Assembly (NCBI GenBank): GCA_964016885.1
Contig: OZ024745.1
Coordinates: 57,288,001-57,352,000, forward strand
Source of the DNA: Eledone cirrhosa
Lineage: Eukaryota
Reading direction: 5' to 3'
DNA: 64,000 nt
Both the position numbers and the translations under genes were made by a program. The notes below the pieces were generated by a model. That model was not told the DNA's origin. It saw only the letters and a program-made list of their open reading frames with translations, and did no database searches. Shown here piece after piece: positions 28,055 to 40,498 of this stretch (its first letter is position 1; every line of letters begins with the position of its first letter).

Positions 28055-28663
28055 ATATATGTATATATATATATATATATATATTTTCTTGATATATTTC
28101 TTTTTTCTTTTTATTTTCTTAGTTTATAGATACATCTATAATAAGCAGTCTGCCCAAACCGTTGAATACTGACCTCTCCCCCCCTCCCACCTAATTTCTG
28201 TATCTTGATCTAAATGTGTGTGACAGTGTTTATGTGAGTGAATTAATATCCATGTGCTTATGATATTATATCCACATATATATATGTGAGTGGGGGTGTG
28301 TGTGTGTTTGTATGTTCGTAATTATGTGTATGTTTATGCATATACGCGCGCGTGTGTGTGATTGTACGGATATGTGTGAGTATGAGAATATGTGTATACA
28401 CTTATTTCATATTTATGTGTCTATACGCATCTTATCTGTGCATTATAAACTTACAGAGACATTAACCTTGAAATTTTGTATTTGCATCCATCCTTTTGGT
28501 ATGCGTATACATGTTGAGCATACATTTTTGTAAAATATGTGTAAGGGTAGTTACATGTATATACACACACCGAACTGCATAAAACCTTTTGTATTTTCAT
28601 TGGTCAATTTTGTTCCCAAACGGACCTGAAATTTTGAATTGTTGTTATTATCAATAAATATAT

Positions 28664-28817
28664 TTCATTATTTCTGAAGACGGCGTATATATGTGTTGGT
28701 ATGTATATTTAATCTTGATAGTTTGTATAATTTTGTATAATTTTGTACATAGATCTGTTGAATATGCATGCCAATTCTAACACATATATATCCTAGAAAC
28801 GATCGTTAAATAATGAA
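28664..28817 (+). ncRNA. Type I hammerhead ribozyme with ~115-nt stem II domain (family C); mirror copy 20588-20741 (-)
   Basis: 10-bp stem I TTCATTATTT/AAATAATGAA, CTGAAGA, long hairpin (GTATATATGTGTTGG/CTAACACATATATAT), GAAAC-GATC-GT-T. Confidence 0.72.
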
Positions 28818-29012
28818 CTTTTTTTGTTTAATATAAGGAACTGTTTCATTGTTTTATTCATTATTTGTTTAATATTTTATCTTGACTCTGTATACCGTTT
28901 ATCTTTCACCGAAAGTGATTTTTCATTACATCTCTTCTTTCCATGATATCCGGAATACATTGAGTTCTTCATACGGATTGGACACTACCGTAAACTCTTG
29001 GTAGATTTATCT

Positions 29013-29043
<31 letters not shown>

Positions 29044-29326
29044 GATAGATAGATAGAAAGATAGATTGATATAGATTTCCATTGGACTACATCTATGATA
29101 AGAACAAAGGAGACTAGGAGCCATAGGTGATCGCTGGTTTTCCGCAAAAACATATTTCACGGGCTTGTGACTCGGGGGCGGCGGATGATTGTAAAACTTC
29201 TTATCAACAATTTTCTCTCAATGTAGTATTGCAGCATCTATGTACAACTATATACATATCTTCCGACATAAAGGCAACAACATATATCTTTCTACTTACA
29301 TATTTATCTATCTATATATCTATCAC

Positions 29327-29378
<52 letters not shown>

Positions 29379-29379
<1 letters not shown>

Positions 29380-30300
29380 AAAGAAAGTTATAGTTTTCAC
29401 ATCCACCACCATTTTCACATCCAGAAAAAGGAAGTTATAGTTTTCACATCCTTCACATATGTTACGATGTATTCGTATTGAATGTTTGATGTAGTAAAGG
29501 ATTGTAACGTTTTGAGGCTCAGTATTATTTAATCAATATTTATAGAATAGGTTCTTTCTGCTTCGAGAATTTACAGCGGTTTATTATCCGGAAGTAGGTA
29601 TGCATACCTACTTCCGGATAATAAACCGCTGTAAATTCTCGAAGCAGAAAGAACCTATTCTATAAATATTGATTAAATAATACTGAGCCTCAAAACGTTA
29701 CAATCCTTTACTACATCAAACATTCAATACGAATACATCGTAACATATGTGAAGGATGTGAAAACTATAACTTCCTTTTTCTGGATGTGAAAATGGTGGT
29801 GGATGCGAAAACTTTCTTTTTCTTTTTCTGCACACATACTAATTTGATCTATACAAAAAATACCCTCCCACTACAACCACCATAATACTCTTTCTTACCC
29901 GCTTAAAGTGCTTGTATTACATGTAATACCTTGCCACACAATACACTTATATAAATGAGACACACTTGCATGCTCTATATATGATAAAAGCATACACTAT
30001 TTACTAGATCTGATTATTGGACTATTCTCTTGCATTATCTGTGTTATCTGCCGCATGTATTTTAATTTTAATTTTGATTTTAAATTAGAATTACTATACA
30101 AATATAGTATAGTATAATATATGTCGCTCCACTCTACATCAATATATATATATTTATATGTATTTCTCTTGCGTTGGATAGGAGGTCAATTATATGTACA
30201 AGCATTTTAATGCTCCGAAGACAACAAGCCTAGGTTTGGATGAAACAATTGTAAGTGAATAAATGTTTTGAACATAGCTTTGATTCTTGTGAATTCTCTC
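29379..30300. mobile_element. PLE 3'-end fragment (family D-related) whose 5' part is a zero-loop palindrome 29379-29820
   Basis: Centre GTAGGTATG|CATACCTAC at 29602/29603; 29820-30300 is homologous to 35450-35920 and carries an HHR at 30211-30257. Confidence 0.8.
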
Positions 30301-30703
30301 TCTATAAATATATAATATATATATACATATAATATATCACTCCCATCCCAAGAAAACGATAAACTTGTTGAAAAACTGAATCCAACGTTCGGTCACCAAT
30401 GCCAGGAGCTTGCCTTTCAAGTAAGTCGGATATTTGATTTAGGATCAAAGAAACACTTTGAGCGACTATTCGTTTAATTTGTCGAGGTCTGCTTTTTCTC
30501 AACCTGATTAGTTCTATCGTTGCTCTGGTATATATATATTGTGTGTTAGTTTAGCCTACCACAATGTTCGATTTGTCAAGCTATTTAAACGTATGTTATT
30601 ACTCTAAGGACCTATCTTATCGAGTGTTTTGCTAACTCATCATTTCATATAAGTAGGCCGAATTCACTTGCAAACCGCCAGAGATTCGATTTTACTGATT
30701 TCC

Positions 30704-30758
<55 letters not shown>

Positions 30759-30774
30759 TAGATAGATATATAGA

Positions 30775-30911
30775 TATTAAAATAACAGTTTAAAGTTTAA
30801 GCAAAGAATCGCTGCTTTCACCCTTAACAGGATCTTCTGAAAGTTTCAGAAGATCCCGTTAAGGGTGAAAGCAGCGATTCCTTGCTTAAATTTTAATCTG
30901 TTATTTTAATA
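30775..30911. repeat. Short palindrome built from an HHR-like module (family I); related copies at 32059-32130 and 38221-38296
   Basis: Arms mirror around G30843. Module: AAGTTT-CAGAAGA-TCCC/GGGT-GAAAGCA...TGCT-T-AAA(C/T)TT. Confidence 0.75.
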
Positions 30912-30995
30912 AATATTTGCTCTCTGGTTCTTATATATTTGATATATATATTTATCCTAGGTTTTAGTCTTCAAATTTATTATTATTACTATTAT

Positions 30996-31057
<62 letters not shown>

Positions 31058-31862
31058 ATAGTGCAGCAGATAATAAAGATGTTTACACGTAGAGGTTACA
31101 TGTTAACGCCTCCTGGATAAACTGGTTTAAGCAATCCAAAAGCATTTAACGTCTGTAGTGTATCCCTACCGAAATGTTGGTGATTAGGTGTGTCAGAGTT
31201 TCCATTTAAGAAATGCTGTTAAGAACCAATTATTTATTGCATAATGTATCTTTAAAATACATGGTTTGCAATGGTTATATCATTGACAGTCTATATGTGA
31301 CATCATCAGGTGATCATATAATTATGTGGTGTAGTTACTCAAATATGCTGATATGCCGCTGGAATGTGGAACCATCTTCCTGTGATATGAGGTACTGAGT
31401 CTCATTTTTATCAATATTTAATGGCATATATATCTGCCTTTATATTGGTGGAGTTTGTAGGCTCTGAGATGAGTTCTTTAATATTATGGCACACAAATTT
31501 ATTCTTTCTAGTTTGGCCTATTCTACTGTCTCTTCGTTACGCGTAGAATCAAACGCCATTCCTCTTTGGGTTCATTCCATTTATCATCATCTTTTTATCA
31601 CTTCAACGTAGCTGCCGCCGCGCCAGCAATGGCATCCTTGGGTCTATCGTGTACCAGATAGACAGAGGCACACTGACAGACATACAGGGAGGTAAATAGT
31701 CGGAAATATAGGTATATTGGTGAATAGAATATATATATATAGACAGACAGAAAGATATACATTTGGACTGAAAGGCAAATTACAATGAAGACACAGAGAT
31801 GGACTGGCAGGCAAGTAAGCAGGCTAGCTGGCAGGTACTTAGGCACATATGAATATATGCAG

Positions 31863-31893
<31 letters not shown>

Positions 31894-31896
31894 TAT

Positions 31897-31966
<70 letters not shown>

Positions 31967-31993
31967 GAATATATATATATATTCTTTACTTTC

Positions 31994-32037
<44 letters not shown>

Positions 32038-32129
32038 ATAATAATAAATTTGAAGACTAGTTTCGGAAGATCCCGTTAGGAATGAAAGCAGCGATTCTTT
32101 GCTTAAACTTTAATCTGTTATTTTAATAA

Positions 32130-32184
<55 letters not shown>

Positions 32185-33684
32185 AAGAATCAAAGAACTG
32201 TTCAAAACATTATTGTGCTTACAGCTGTTTCCTCCAAACCGAGGTTTGGATTCTTCGGAGCAATTTATTAATGCATGGACAGTTATATGACCTCCCTTTC
32301 AGCCGAGAGACATACCAATACATATTCAAACATTGATACATATTCAAACATTGTGGGTCAACATTCATTACAGAATTTAGAGTGGCAGTACACACTTCGA
32401 GATTACATTTATATTAATAGGTACAATCAAAAATCAAAGATATAGGTTAAAGTACAACATGAAGATAAGTGGTTATATAGTGCAAATGTTATATGTGTGG
32501 CACGCATGTGCGTCTTGTTTATATAGTGTGGCAGAGAGATATGTGTGGTAGAGGCACTTAGGTAGGTAAATAAGAGTGTTAGGTTGGTAGATCTGGTGGC
32601 AAAGTCTTTATATGATTGATATAGTCTGTGTGTGGAGAAATATTATAAGCATTAAAGATAGTGCAAGCATTAAAAGTGTTATAAGTATTGGAGATGCACA
32701 GCGCAGGGATGTCAAGTAATTCATGTACTTCGGTATTTTCATGGTCAAGGGAGTGTATATTTCGATTATATGCCTTTCACATAATCCACGACAATCCAGT
32801 TAGAGATCGTAGTCTGGTGTTCTTTAGTTCGATACAGGAGGTTGTTACGTTTCGAGAGACGCCATTGAATGCCGGAAGTGTGTGTGTGGCTAAGGGGAGT
32901 TAATGCATGCGGGGAGGTAACTCTGGGGTTTCTATATCTAGCCATTAAAATGTGTCCCAATATAGACCCTAAATTCTATGGTGAGGTGCACCTTCCAAGA
33001 GAGACTTTTAAAGCATAAAGTGTACTAACTATAGAGTAGTTTAACTAAATTATGCTGAAGGTGATCATATTATTATTAAGGTGGATTAACCCATCTTAAG
33101 GTGCTACAAATGGAAATTATAGATGATGAGCGAGGATTCTAAATTAATGATCTCTGTGGTTGTAGTCTGCTCATATGACCAGGCGCGGTGATTGCAGGAT
33201 TGCTTCAGGACCCAATGATCTCTGGTAAGATCTGGGTCATCGCTTGCTACATTGGATGTCGAAAGATAATCATCCCCAGGCAGGCCAAAGGTCAATCCGC
33301 AGTCCTCGCGACCCCTCTCTGACCGTCAGATCATCCATATACGTACAACCCGCACGGCAGTTGCATTGCATTCACTCACTGCGCTCAGCAGCCTGGTCCT
33401 ACTGGTCAACAGCGCTACTCGATTAAATCATTTTACATCTGTCTAAGGAGGGTGTTTCCTCTGCCCAACACCATCCAACCGATCAATTCATGCTCAAATT
33501 ACCCTTAGAGCGGTATAGTGCCGTCCAGGTGGGTGGATGTTGTCACACCTGCCGTAGAGGTATAAATGGGTATTTTCCCTGCGAAGGGTTCCAGAGGGAT
33601 GTCGTTGTTTGTGTTATAATGGATCAGCTAGTGTTGGGTATGTAGTATAGGGTGTGTCTCTGGTGTTTGATGCTAGATGTGGTG

Positions 33685-34510
33685 TTAGGTTCCAGTCCGA
33701 CATTGCCATATATAGGGCTTACAGTTTTGGAAGGAATGTCTGAGGCGGTGCTGGCAAGTTGCAAACACCTCAGATTTTTTGTTAAGTAGGTTACGGTTGG
33801 AGAAGATAATATTGTGTGTCTCTAGTATACAGAGGTTACAGAATTTATTAGGTGGTTTGTACGAGGTCGCGCTGCCTATCACTTCCCATTTGAGTGTGTA
33901 TGGTTTATTTTTAGATTTTAGATAGTGTATGTAGCTAGAAAGTGAGGTGGAGTTGGCTAGGCTGTGCTTTTTGAACGAGTGGATGTGCGAGTTATATCTA
34001 ATTTTGAAGCAGTTAGAAGTGGAGCCCACATAGGTTTCTGAAGAGTTATTAGTCGTGACTGTGCATGAGTATATGACATCCTTGGTTAGGCATTTTTTAT
34101 CTAAAGGGCAGGTTCTATTAGCTCTACAGTTACAATTATTCTGTGCGTTAGTCCGCTGGTTATAATGCAATGCGGAAGTCTGTGTGGTGGATATAGGATT
34201 TTGGGTGTTCAGGTTGACAACCCTGGTGTTATTACTTATACTAGTGTTATTTCTATTGTTACTGCCGTTGCTATTGTTGCTTGCTACAGTGGTATTTAGA
34301 GGGTTTGCATCCCGTTGCGATTTTGTTTGTTGGAAGTAAGAACTAATTTTACTATTATTGCTGCTAGCTATGTGGTATGCTAAGTTAGGCGTCGTGGAGT
34401 ATGAGATTTTAATGGTGTTTTTGTTTAAGAGGTTGTGGTACTTGTGTCCTAGAGGGAAGTTTTTATCTAGTAGTGAGAAGAAAGCCCTAGGTATGTTGGT
34501 GGAGACATTA
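33685..34510 (-). CDS. 5'-truncated PLE C-terminus: linker + GIY-YIG endonuclease
   Basis: Open frame from about 34510: FFSLLDKNFP.GHKYHNLLNKNTIKISYSTT, CNCRANRTCPLDKKC, VIYSC...YVGSTSNCFKIRYNSH, CNLCILE, LLNKKSE. Confidence 0.85.
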
Positions 34511-35832
34511 CTCTAAGGGTAATACCCATTTATACCTCTACGGCAGGTGTGACAACATCCACCCACCTGGACGGCACTATACCGCTCTAAGGGTAATTTG
34601 AGCATGAATTGATCGGTTGGATGGTGTTGGGCAGAGGAAACACCCTCCTTAGACAGATGTAAAATGATTTAATCGAGTAGCGCTGTTGACCAGTAGGACC
34701 AGGCTGCTGAGCGCAGTGAGTGAATGCAATGCAACTGCCGTGCGGGTTGTACGTATATGGATGATCTGACGGTCAGAGAGGGGTCGCGAGGACTGCGGAT
34801 TGACCTTTGGCCTGCCTGGGGATGATTATCTTTCGACATCCAATGTAGCAAGCGATGACCCAGATCTTACCAGAGATCATTGGGTCCTGAAGCAATCCTG
34901 CAATCACCGCGCCTGGTCATATGAGCAGACTACAACCACAGAGATCATTAATTTAGAATCCTCGCTCATCATCTATAATTTCCATTTGTAGCACCTTAAG
35001 ATGGGTTAATCCACCTTAATAATAATATGATCACCTTCAGCATAATTTAGTTAAACTACTCTATAGTTAGTACACTTTATGCTTTAAAAGTCTCTCTTGG
35101 AAGGTGCACCTCACCATAGAATTTAGGGTCTATATTGGGACACATTTTAATGGCTAGATATAGAAACCCCAGAGTTACCTCCCCGCATGCATTAACTCCC
35201 CTTAGCCACACACACACTTCCGGCATTCAATGGCGTCTCTCGAAACGTAACAACCTCCTGTATCGAACTAAAGAACACCAGACTACGATCTCTAACTGGA
35301 TTGTCGTGGATTATGTGAAAGGCATATAATCGAAATATACACTCCCTTGACCATGAAAATACCGAAGTACATGAATTACTTGACATCCCTGCGCTGTGCA
35401 TCTCCAATACTTATAACACTTTTAATGCTTGCACTATCTTTAATGCTTATAATATTTCTCCACACACAGACTATATCAATCATATAAAGACTTTGCCACC
35501 AGATCTACCAACCTAACACTCTTATTTACCTACCTAAGTGCCTCTACCACACATATCTCTCTGCCACACTATATAAACAAGACGCACATGCGTGCCACAC
35601 ATATAACATTTGCACTATATAACCACTTATCTTCATGTTGTACTTCAACCTATATCTTTGATTTTTGATTGTACCTATTAATATAAATGTAATCTCGAAG
35701 TGTGTACTGCCACTCTAAATTCTGTAATGAATGTTGACCCACAATGTTTGAATATGTATCAATGTTTGAATATGTATTGGTATGTCTCTCGGCTGAAAGG
35801 GAGGTCATATAACTGTCCATGCATTAATAAAT

Positions 35833-35879
35833 TGCTCCGAAGAATCCAAACCTCGGTTTGGAGGAAACAGCTGTAAGCA
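35833..35879 (+). ncRNA. Minimal type I hammerhead ribozyme, CCGAAGA core (family D); mirror 32216-32262 (-), relative 30211-30257 (+)
   Basis: Stem I TGCT/AGCA, CCGAAGA, stem II TCCAAACC/GGTTTGGA, GAAAC-AGCT-GT-A. Confidence 0.8.
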
Positions 35880-36609
35880 CAATAATGTTTTGAACAGTTC
35901 TTTGATTCTTATATTTCATATAACTGCTCTGTAAATCATCTGATGTTTTTACATTGAGCTACTTAACTTACTGGTAATAAGGTAGTAATACATTACTGCC
36001 TACCACTATTTAGGGTGTGTGTAAAATACTTACAACTGCTTAAGGTTTTGTGTTTACATAACCATAAATAGTATAACTAATACTATATATATATATATAT
36101 ATATATATATTAATATATACAGATAGATAGATAGAAAAAATCGTCGGAAATAAGATTTGATAATGATTTAAGAAAATACTGAATAAAACGTTGTAATTCA
36201 TTTAGTGAATCTAGAATGAAATACGGTCATGCGCGGGGTAACTGTAAGGTGAAGGTTAAGGAAAATCGAAGACTCAAGCATCTCTATATAGAATCTTCTA
36301 TCGGGGGAATTATTTAATTAAATATTGTTTTAATATAAACAATGTGAGTTTGGACTGGAGCAAAGCTAGTTTCTATATGAATTGTTTGGGTTTTATTTTC
36401 TGATTTATGGTAACGTAATGAATGTACATTCTGAGATAATTTTAAATGTGGGTCAACTAATTTGACGTTTGACCTAAAGTTATCTAATTTTAAAATGTCC
36501 TATTCCAAAGTGAATTGATCTCGTGCTGAAAGTATTTACTTACAGCTACTAATTTTGTAGAAATCAATGTATATTGTAAATAAGCATGGCGTTCATCTAG
36601 CAATGGACT

Positions 36610-36800
36610 GGCAGTGTCTGTAGAGCGTCGGACAATATGCATTGTGGAATAGAGTTCCATCCCTTTACGTTTTGAATTCAAATCGCGCCGAGATTAGCTT
36701 TTATCCTTACGGGCTGCATTACCCCAGTAATGCATTGGGGGTCGATTTAATCCACGTTGCCCTCCCCCCAAAATGGTTGACCTTGTGCAACTGCGGTTGC
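36610..36800 (+). mobile_element. Diverged tRNA-derived SINE
   Basis: TGGCAG...GTAGAGCGTCGGAC head, TTCAAATC B-box remnant, TTTTATCCTTACGGG core. Confidence 0.6.
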
Positions 36801-37093
36801 AATGTCAAACTATATATTGAAGGGAACAGTGCAGACCTCACTTGACATATATCTATATATAGAGAGAGAGTGTGTGTGTGTATGGTGCTGAGTGCGGCGA
36901 GGATACCAGAAATCATGGGTGTACACAATCCACGGGAAGATGCAGGGAAGGTATAGAGGTAGGCTAATCCCGATTATGACAATTAACGGCTTCGTCTTGT
37001 GTGTTTAGCAACCATTTCCAAGTGTGTACAACTATCTCTCTCTCACTCTCTCTCCCTCCATCTTTGTATCTGTCTATCTATCTATCTATCTAT

Positions 37094-38066
37094 CCTGGCA
37101 TCTCAAGTGCCTTCAGGCGCTCACAGCCATCTACCAAGCGGAAACGGCAATCAGCGGAGATTCCACTTCGACATTCTATAGGGGATTAGTGGAGGATAAG
37201 TGCGACGACGTTCTCGGGGAAATTATAGGCATCGAGAAAGACGAACTGACCAGTCTGTTCGGGAGGACTTTCCGCCCAGGGCCTATGGGTAACTCCCAGA
37301 GGTCTCTAGCCTGGCAGTGCTACCGATGAGCTCTACCAGTTCGAGACAAAATCTACAAACACGGACGCCCTGGCAGAGATCATGCCAAAAGCACCTGTCC
37401 AAGATGCGAGCTGGACATCGAAACCGTTCTGCACGCAATTGTTCAGTGCCCAGAGGTGGCCGGCCTGTGGAATTATGTCGAACAGCGACTGTCACGTGTG
37501 GGACGCATCCAGTTGTCAGCCGAGTCCATCGTGTGTATCACCCCGCCGCCTTCACTTAAGAATTAAGGAGAGGCGGTCTTCCTCTGTCTGGTGGGTATGG
37601 CGAAAGAGGTAATATGGTGGACGAGGTTAAAAGGACTGAGGGCAAGCACCATCGTCTCCGGACACCAACTCATACCCTTCTTTAAGTACCACTTCAGAAA
37701 GAAGGTGAGAGTGGAGAGAGAGGTGCTACACCCCAGCAAATTCGCTGAAATGTGGGTGAATGTGGCGAAAATGACCCGAGTGAATGGGCCTTCTCTGTAT
37801 ATAAACCTTAGGTTGAGGAAGATAAAGAGAAGGAAGACGGGAACACTACAAAACGTGTTCTTGGTGATGAGGTTGTTCTATCCACCGAGTGTAAAACAAT
37901 CCCACAGTAGCGTTACCCCCCCCCCCCCCCGCTAATGGGCATTTCAATTGTTTTATTTTTATATAGTTTATTGTTATTTATCATTGTTAAAGATTTTATG
38001 TAAAACCCCCGCCGTCACGTTTTGTAATGTCCCATTTTTGTACGCCACTGTGGCAAATAAAGAAAG
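37094..38066 (+). mobile_element. Diverged, 5'-truncated Tx1-clade LINE 3' end (copy 3)
   Basis: Broken frames homologous to copies 1 and 2 (ISGDSTSTFYRGLV, SLAWQCYR, MAKEVIWWTRLKGLR, RVNGPSLYI); preceded by (CTAT)n at 37073-37093. Confidence 0.85.
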
Positions 38067-38071
38067 ATATA

Positions 38072-38107
<36 letters not shown>

Positions 38108-38515
38108 GCAATGATGATATGAGGACTAAAATCCAAAGAGGGCAGGACGAGGATTATATATATATATATTCAAAAATATAGAAAAACCCGTAGAACATAT
38201 ATTTATTATTCGTACATATTAAGGTTTAAGCAAAGAATCGCTGCTTTCAGAAGATCTCGTAAAAAGGCGAAAGCAGTGATTCTTTGCTTAAACTTTAATC
38301 TCTACAAATAATATATATATATACATATATATGTGTGTGTGTGTGTGTGTGTCTGTGTGCAGGCATACACGCACAGCTAAAAATACACAGACACAAAGAA
38401 CATGCTTATACATACGTATAACATGCACCCATATGTTTACTTCTCGTATAATGCACATAGTCATACGAAGCATACATGCATATACAGAGCAAAAACCTAC
38501 CGTACACTTATATAT

Positions 38516-38700
38516 AATTGTTTCTACTATTGGCACAAGGCCAGAAATTACCCAGTACATTACTGGTACTTTATTTTATCGACCCCATAAGGATGAAAGG
38601 CAAAGTTAACCTCGGCTGGGTTTGAACTCAGAATGGCAAGGGCCGTAACTCTGTGCGTCAAAGCATGGCGTCCGACCTTCTACCGATACTGCCAATCCAC
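38516..38700 (-). mobile_element. tRNA-derived SINE
   Basis: Same head, B-box and core as the other copies. Confidence 0.85.
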
Positions 38701-38775
38701 ATAATACTCGCAGTTGCATACTGTTCGCATGTCCTACACGTTTGCTACTTATATATATCATACACGTATATATAT

Positions 38776-38818
<43 letters not shown>

Positions 38819-39000
38819 CACGCCTATACATCGTACACGCAAACCTATCATACATACATGCTGCTCATATATACATTTCACGCATACGTGCTAAAGAATA
38901 CGTATATACCTGTCAAATATATGTATATACACACAAACAATCACATGACTATGCACATACACAGATGTCCGACGCCTTTCCACGATGTAATAATAATAAT

Positions 39001-39190
39001 AATTGTTTCTACTTTTGGCACAAGGCCAGCAAAAATCCCAGTGTATTACTGGTACTTTATTTTATCGACTCCGTAAGGATGAAATGCAAAGCTAACTTCG
39101 GCGCGATTTGAACTCAGAATGGCAAGGGCCATAACTCTATGCTGCAAAGCATGGTGTCCGACGCTCTACCGATACTGCCAATCCACCGCC
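39001..39190 (-). mobile_element. tRNA-derived SINE
   Basis: Full GGCGGTGGATTGG head, B-box, core and (AAT)n-like tail. Confidence 0.85.
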
Positions 39191-39902
39191 ATTGCCATCC
39201 AATAATGCTTTTTGATATTCACAGAATGATATCAACATAACATAAAATAAAATAATCAATAATCCATACTTTCAATTTAATGTATCGAACTCATAGAGAT
39301 GAAAGAGAGATTGAACGAAACTCGGCTTTTAGGTCACTAATGATTAGGATTATATAGTGCAATCTAACTAGGGAATCTATTCATATTCTTTGTTATTTTT
39401 TATTGATAGCATCTCTCTTGATACTGCTAGTGATAATAGGGTATGCTATTAATCTGCCATAATGTATATATGTACTGCAATCAACACCAGCAAAAATAGC
39501 ATTCTCTATCTACTGCCTAAAAAGAGAAAAATCAATCTAGCTAGACTGACTCTATAAGGACTTTAGACTCGCTAGAAATATCAACTGAATATAACTTAAA
39601 TCTGGTTCTGTTGTCCTGCGACAAGGACACATAGGATAATTTATTCGTAGATACAATGGTTAAATATATTAGCGGATGGTTTTCCAATTTAATGCTTACC
39701 TGGTACTAAATAACGTACTCGGATACAGGAAAGCAAATCAAAATTAATGTATTCAAAGTTATGACGGAGATGAAACGGCACAATGTAGAAACATTACAAT
39801 TTGGACCATGATACATAAAAGGGATGGGTTTATCTATTCCAATGCGTTCTCGTTTCAGGTTCTTCCGATAAATTTGTGGTTCTCTCCGTCCAATAACTTA
39901 TA

Positions 39903-39943
<41 letters not shown>

Positions 39944-39951
<8 letters not shown>

Positions 39952-40498
39952 AAAAAGAGATGAAATCGAAAATGCAACTGGAGTCTTATTTTTTTTTAAA
40001 ATATATATATTTATTTGGTTCCTTTACCGGTTTCGCAGTTCTTCTGCTTTTCAAAAGGTGAGTTGAGATGGAGGGTCTGTGGTTTTTCTCACATTATATT
40101 CAGCTTTGTCTATCCCATATAAGTTGTTGGTTTTGTCAGACTTCACCAATATTTTATTAACTTTTTTTATATCAAAGATTTTTTCTTTAAGAGTTCTAAG
40201 GTATTGGTGACCTTTATATGGGGTTTTCTTGAATTTAATCTTCTTTAGTATATTAAGCATTTCTGTTTCAAAATCCTCCAGTTTGTGAGAAAAACCACAG
40301 ACTCTCCATCTCAACTCACCTTTTGAAAAGCAGAAGAACTGCGAAACCGGTAAAGGAACCAAATAAATATATATATTTTTTTTTTAAATGAGACTCCAGT
40401 TGCATTTTCGATTTCATCTCTTTTTCTTTATACTTTCACTCGTGTAGGACACCTCGGTTATTTTTCATTTTGTAAGAAAGAAAAACAAAAAACCTAAC

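Larger units (their letters stand above)
20525..28880. mobile_element. Naiad-type PLE fold-back insertion (family C): forward copy 23218-28880 and inverted 3' UTR copy 20525-23170
   Basis: 20525-23170 is the reverse complement of about 26232-28880 (mirror ORFs 20872-21105 / 28300-28533); the arms differ mainly in microsatellite lengths; the spacer holds the RT-EN ORF. Confidence 0.9.
32174..35921. mobile_element. Naiad-type PLE fold-back insertion (family D): minus copy 34510->32174 and inverted 3' UTR 34521-35921 (extends to ~36085)
   Basis: Arms 32174-33574 and 34521-35921 are near-perfect reverse complements (four mirrored ORF pairs); both ends reach (TA)n. Confidence 0.92.

Noticed and set aside
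20872-28533. Dozens of Y/I/V/C/M-rich ORFs
   Set aside because: Translations of TA/TG/CA microsatellites, which lack stops in several frames; no protein signal.
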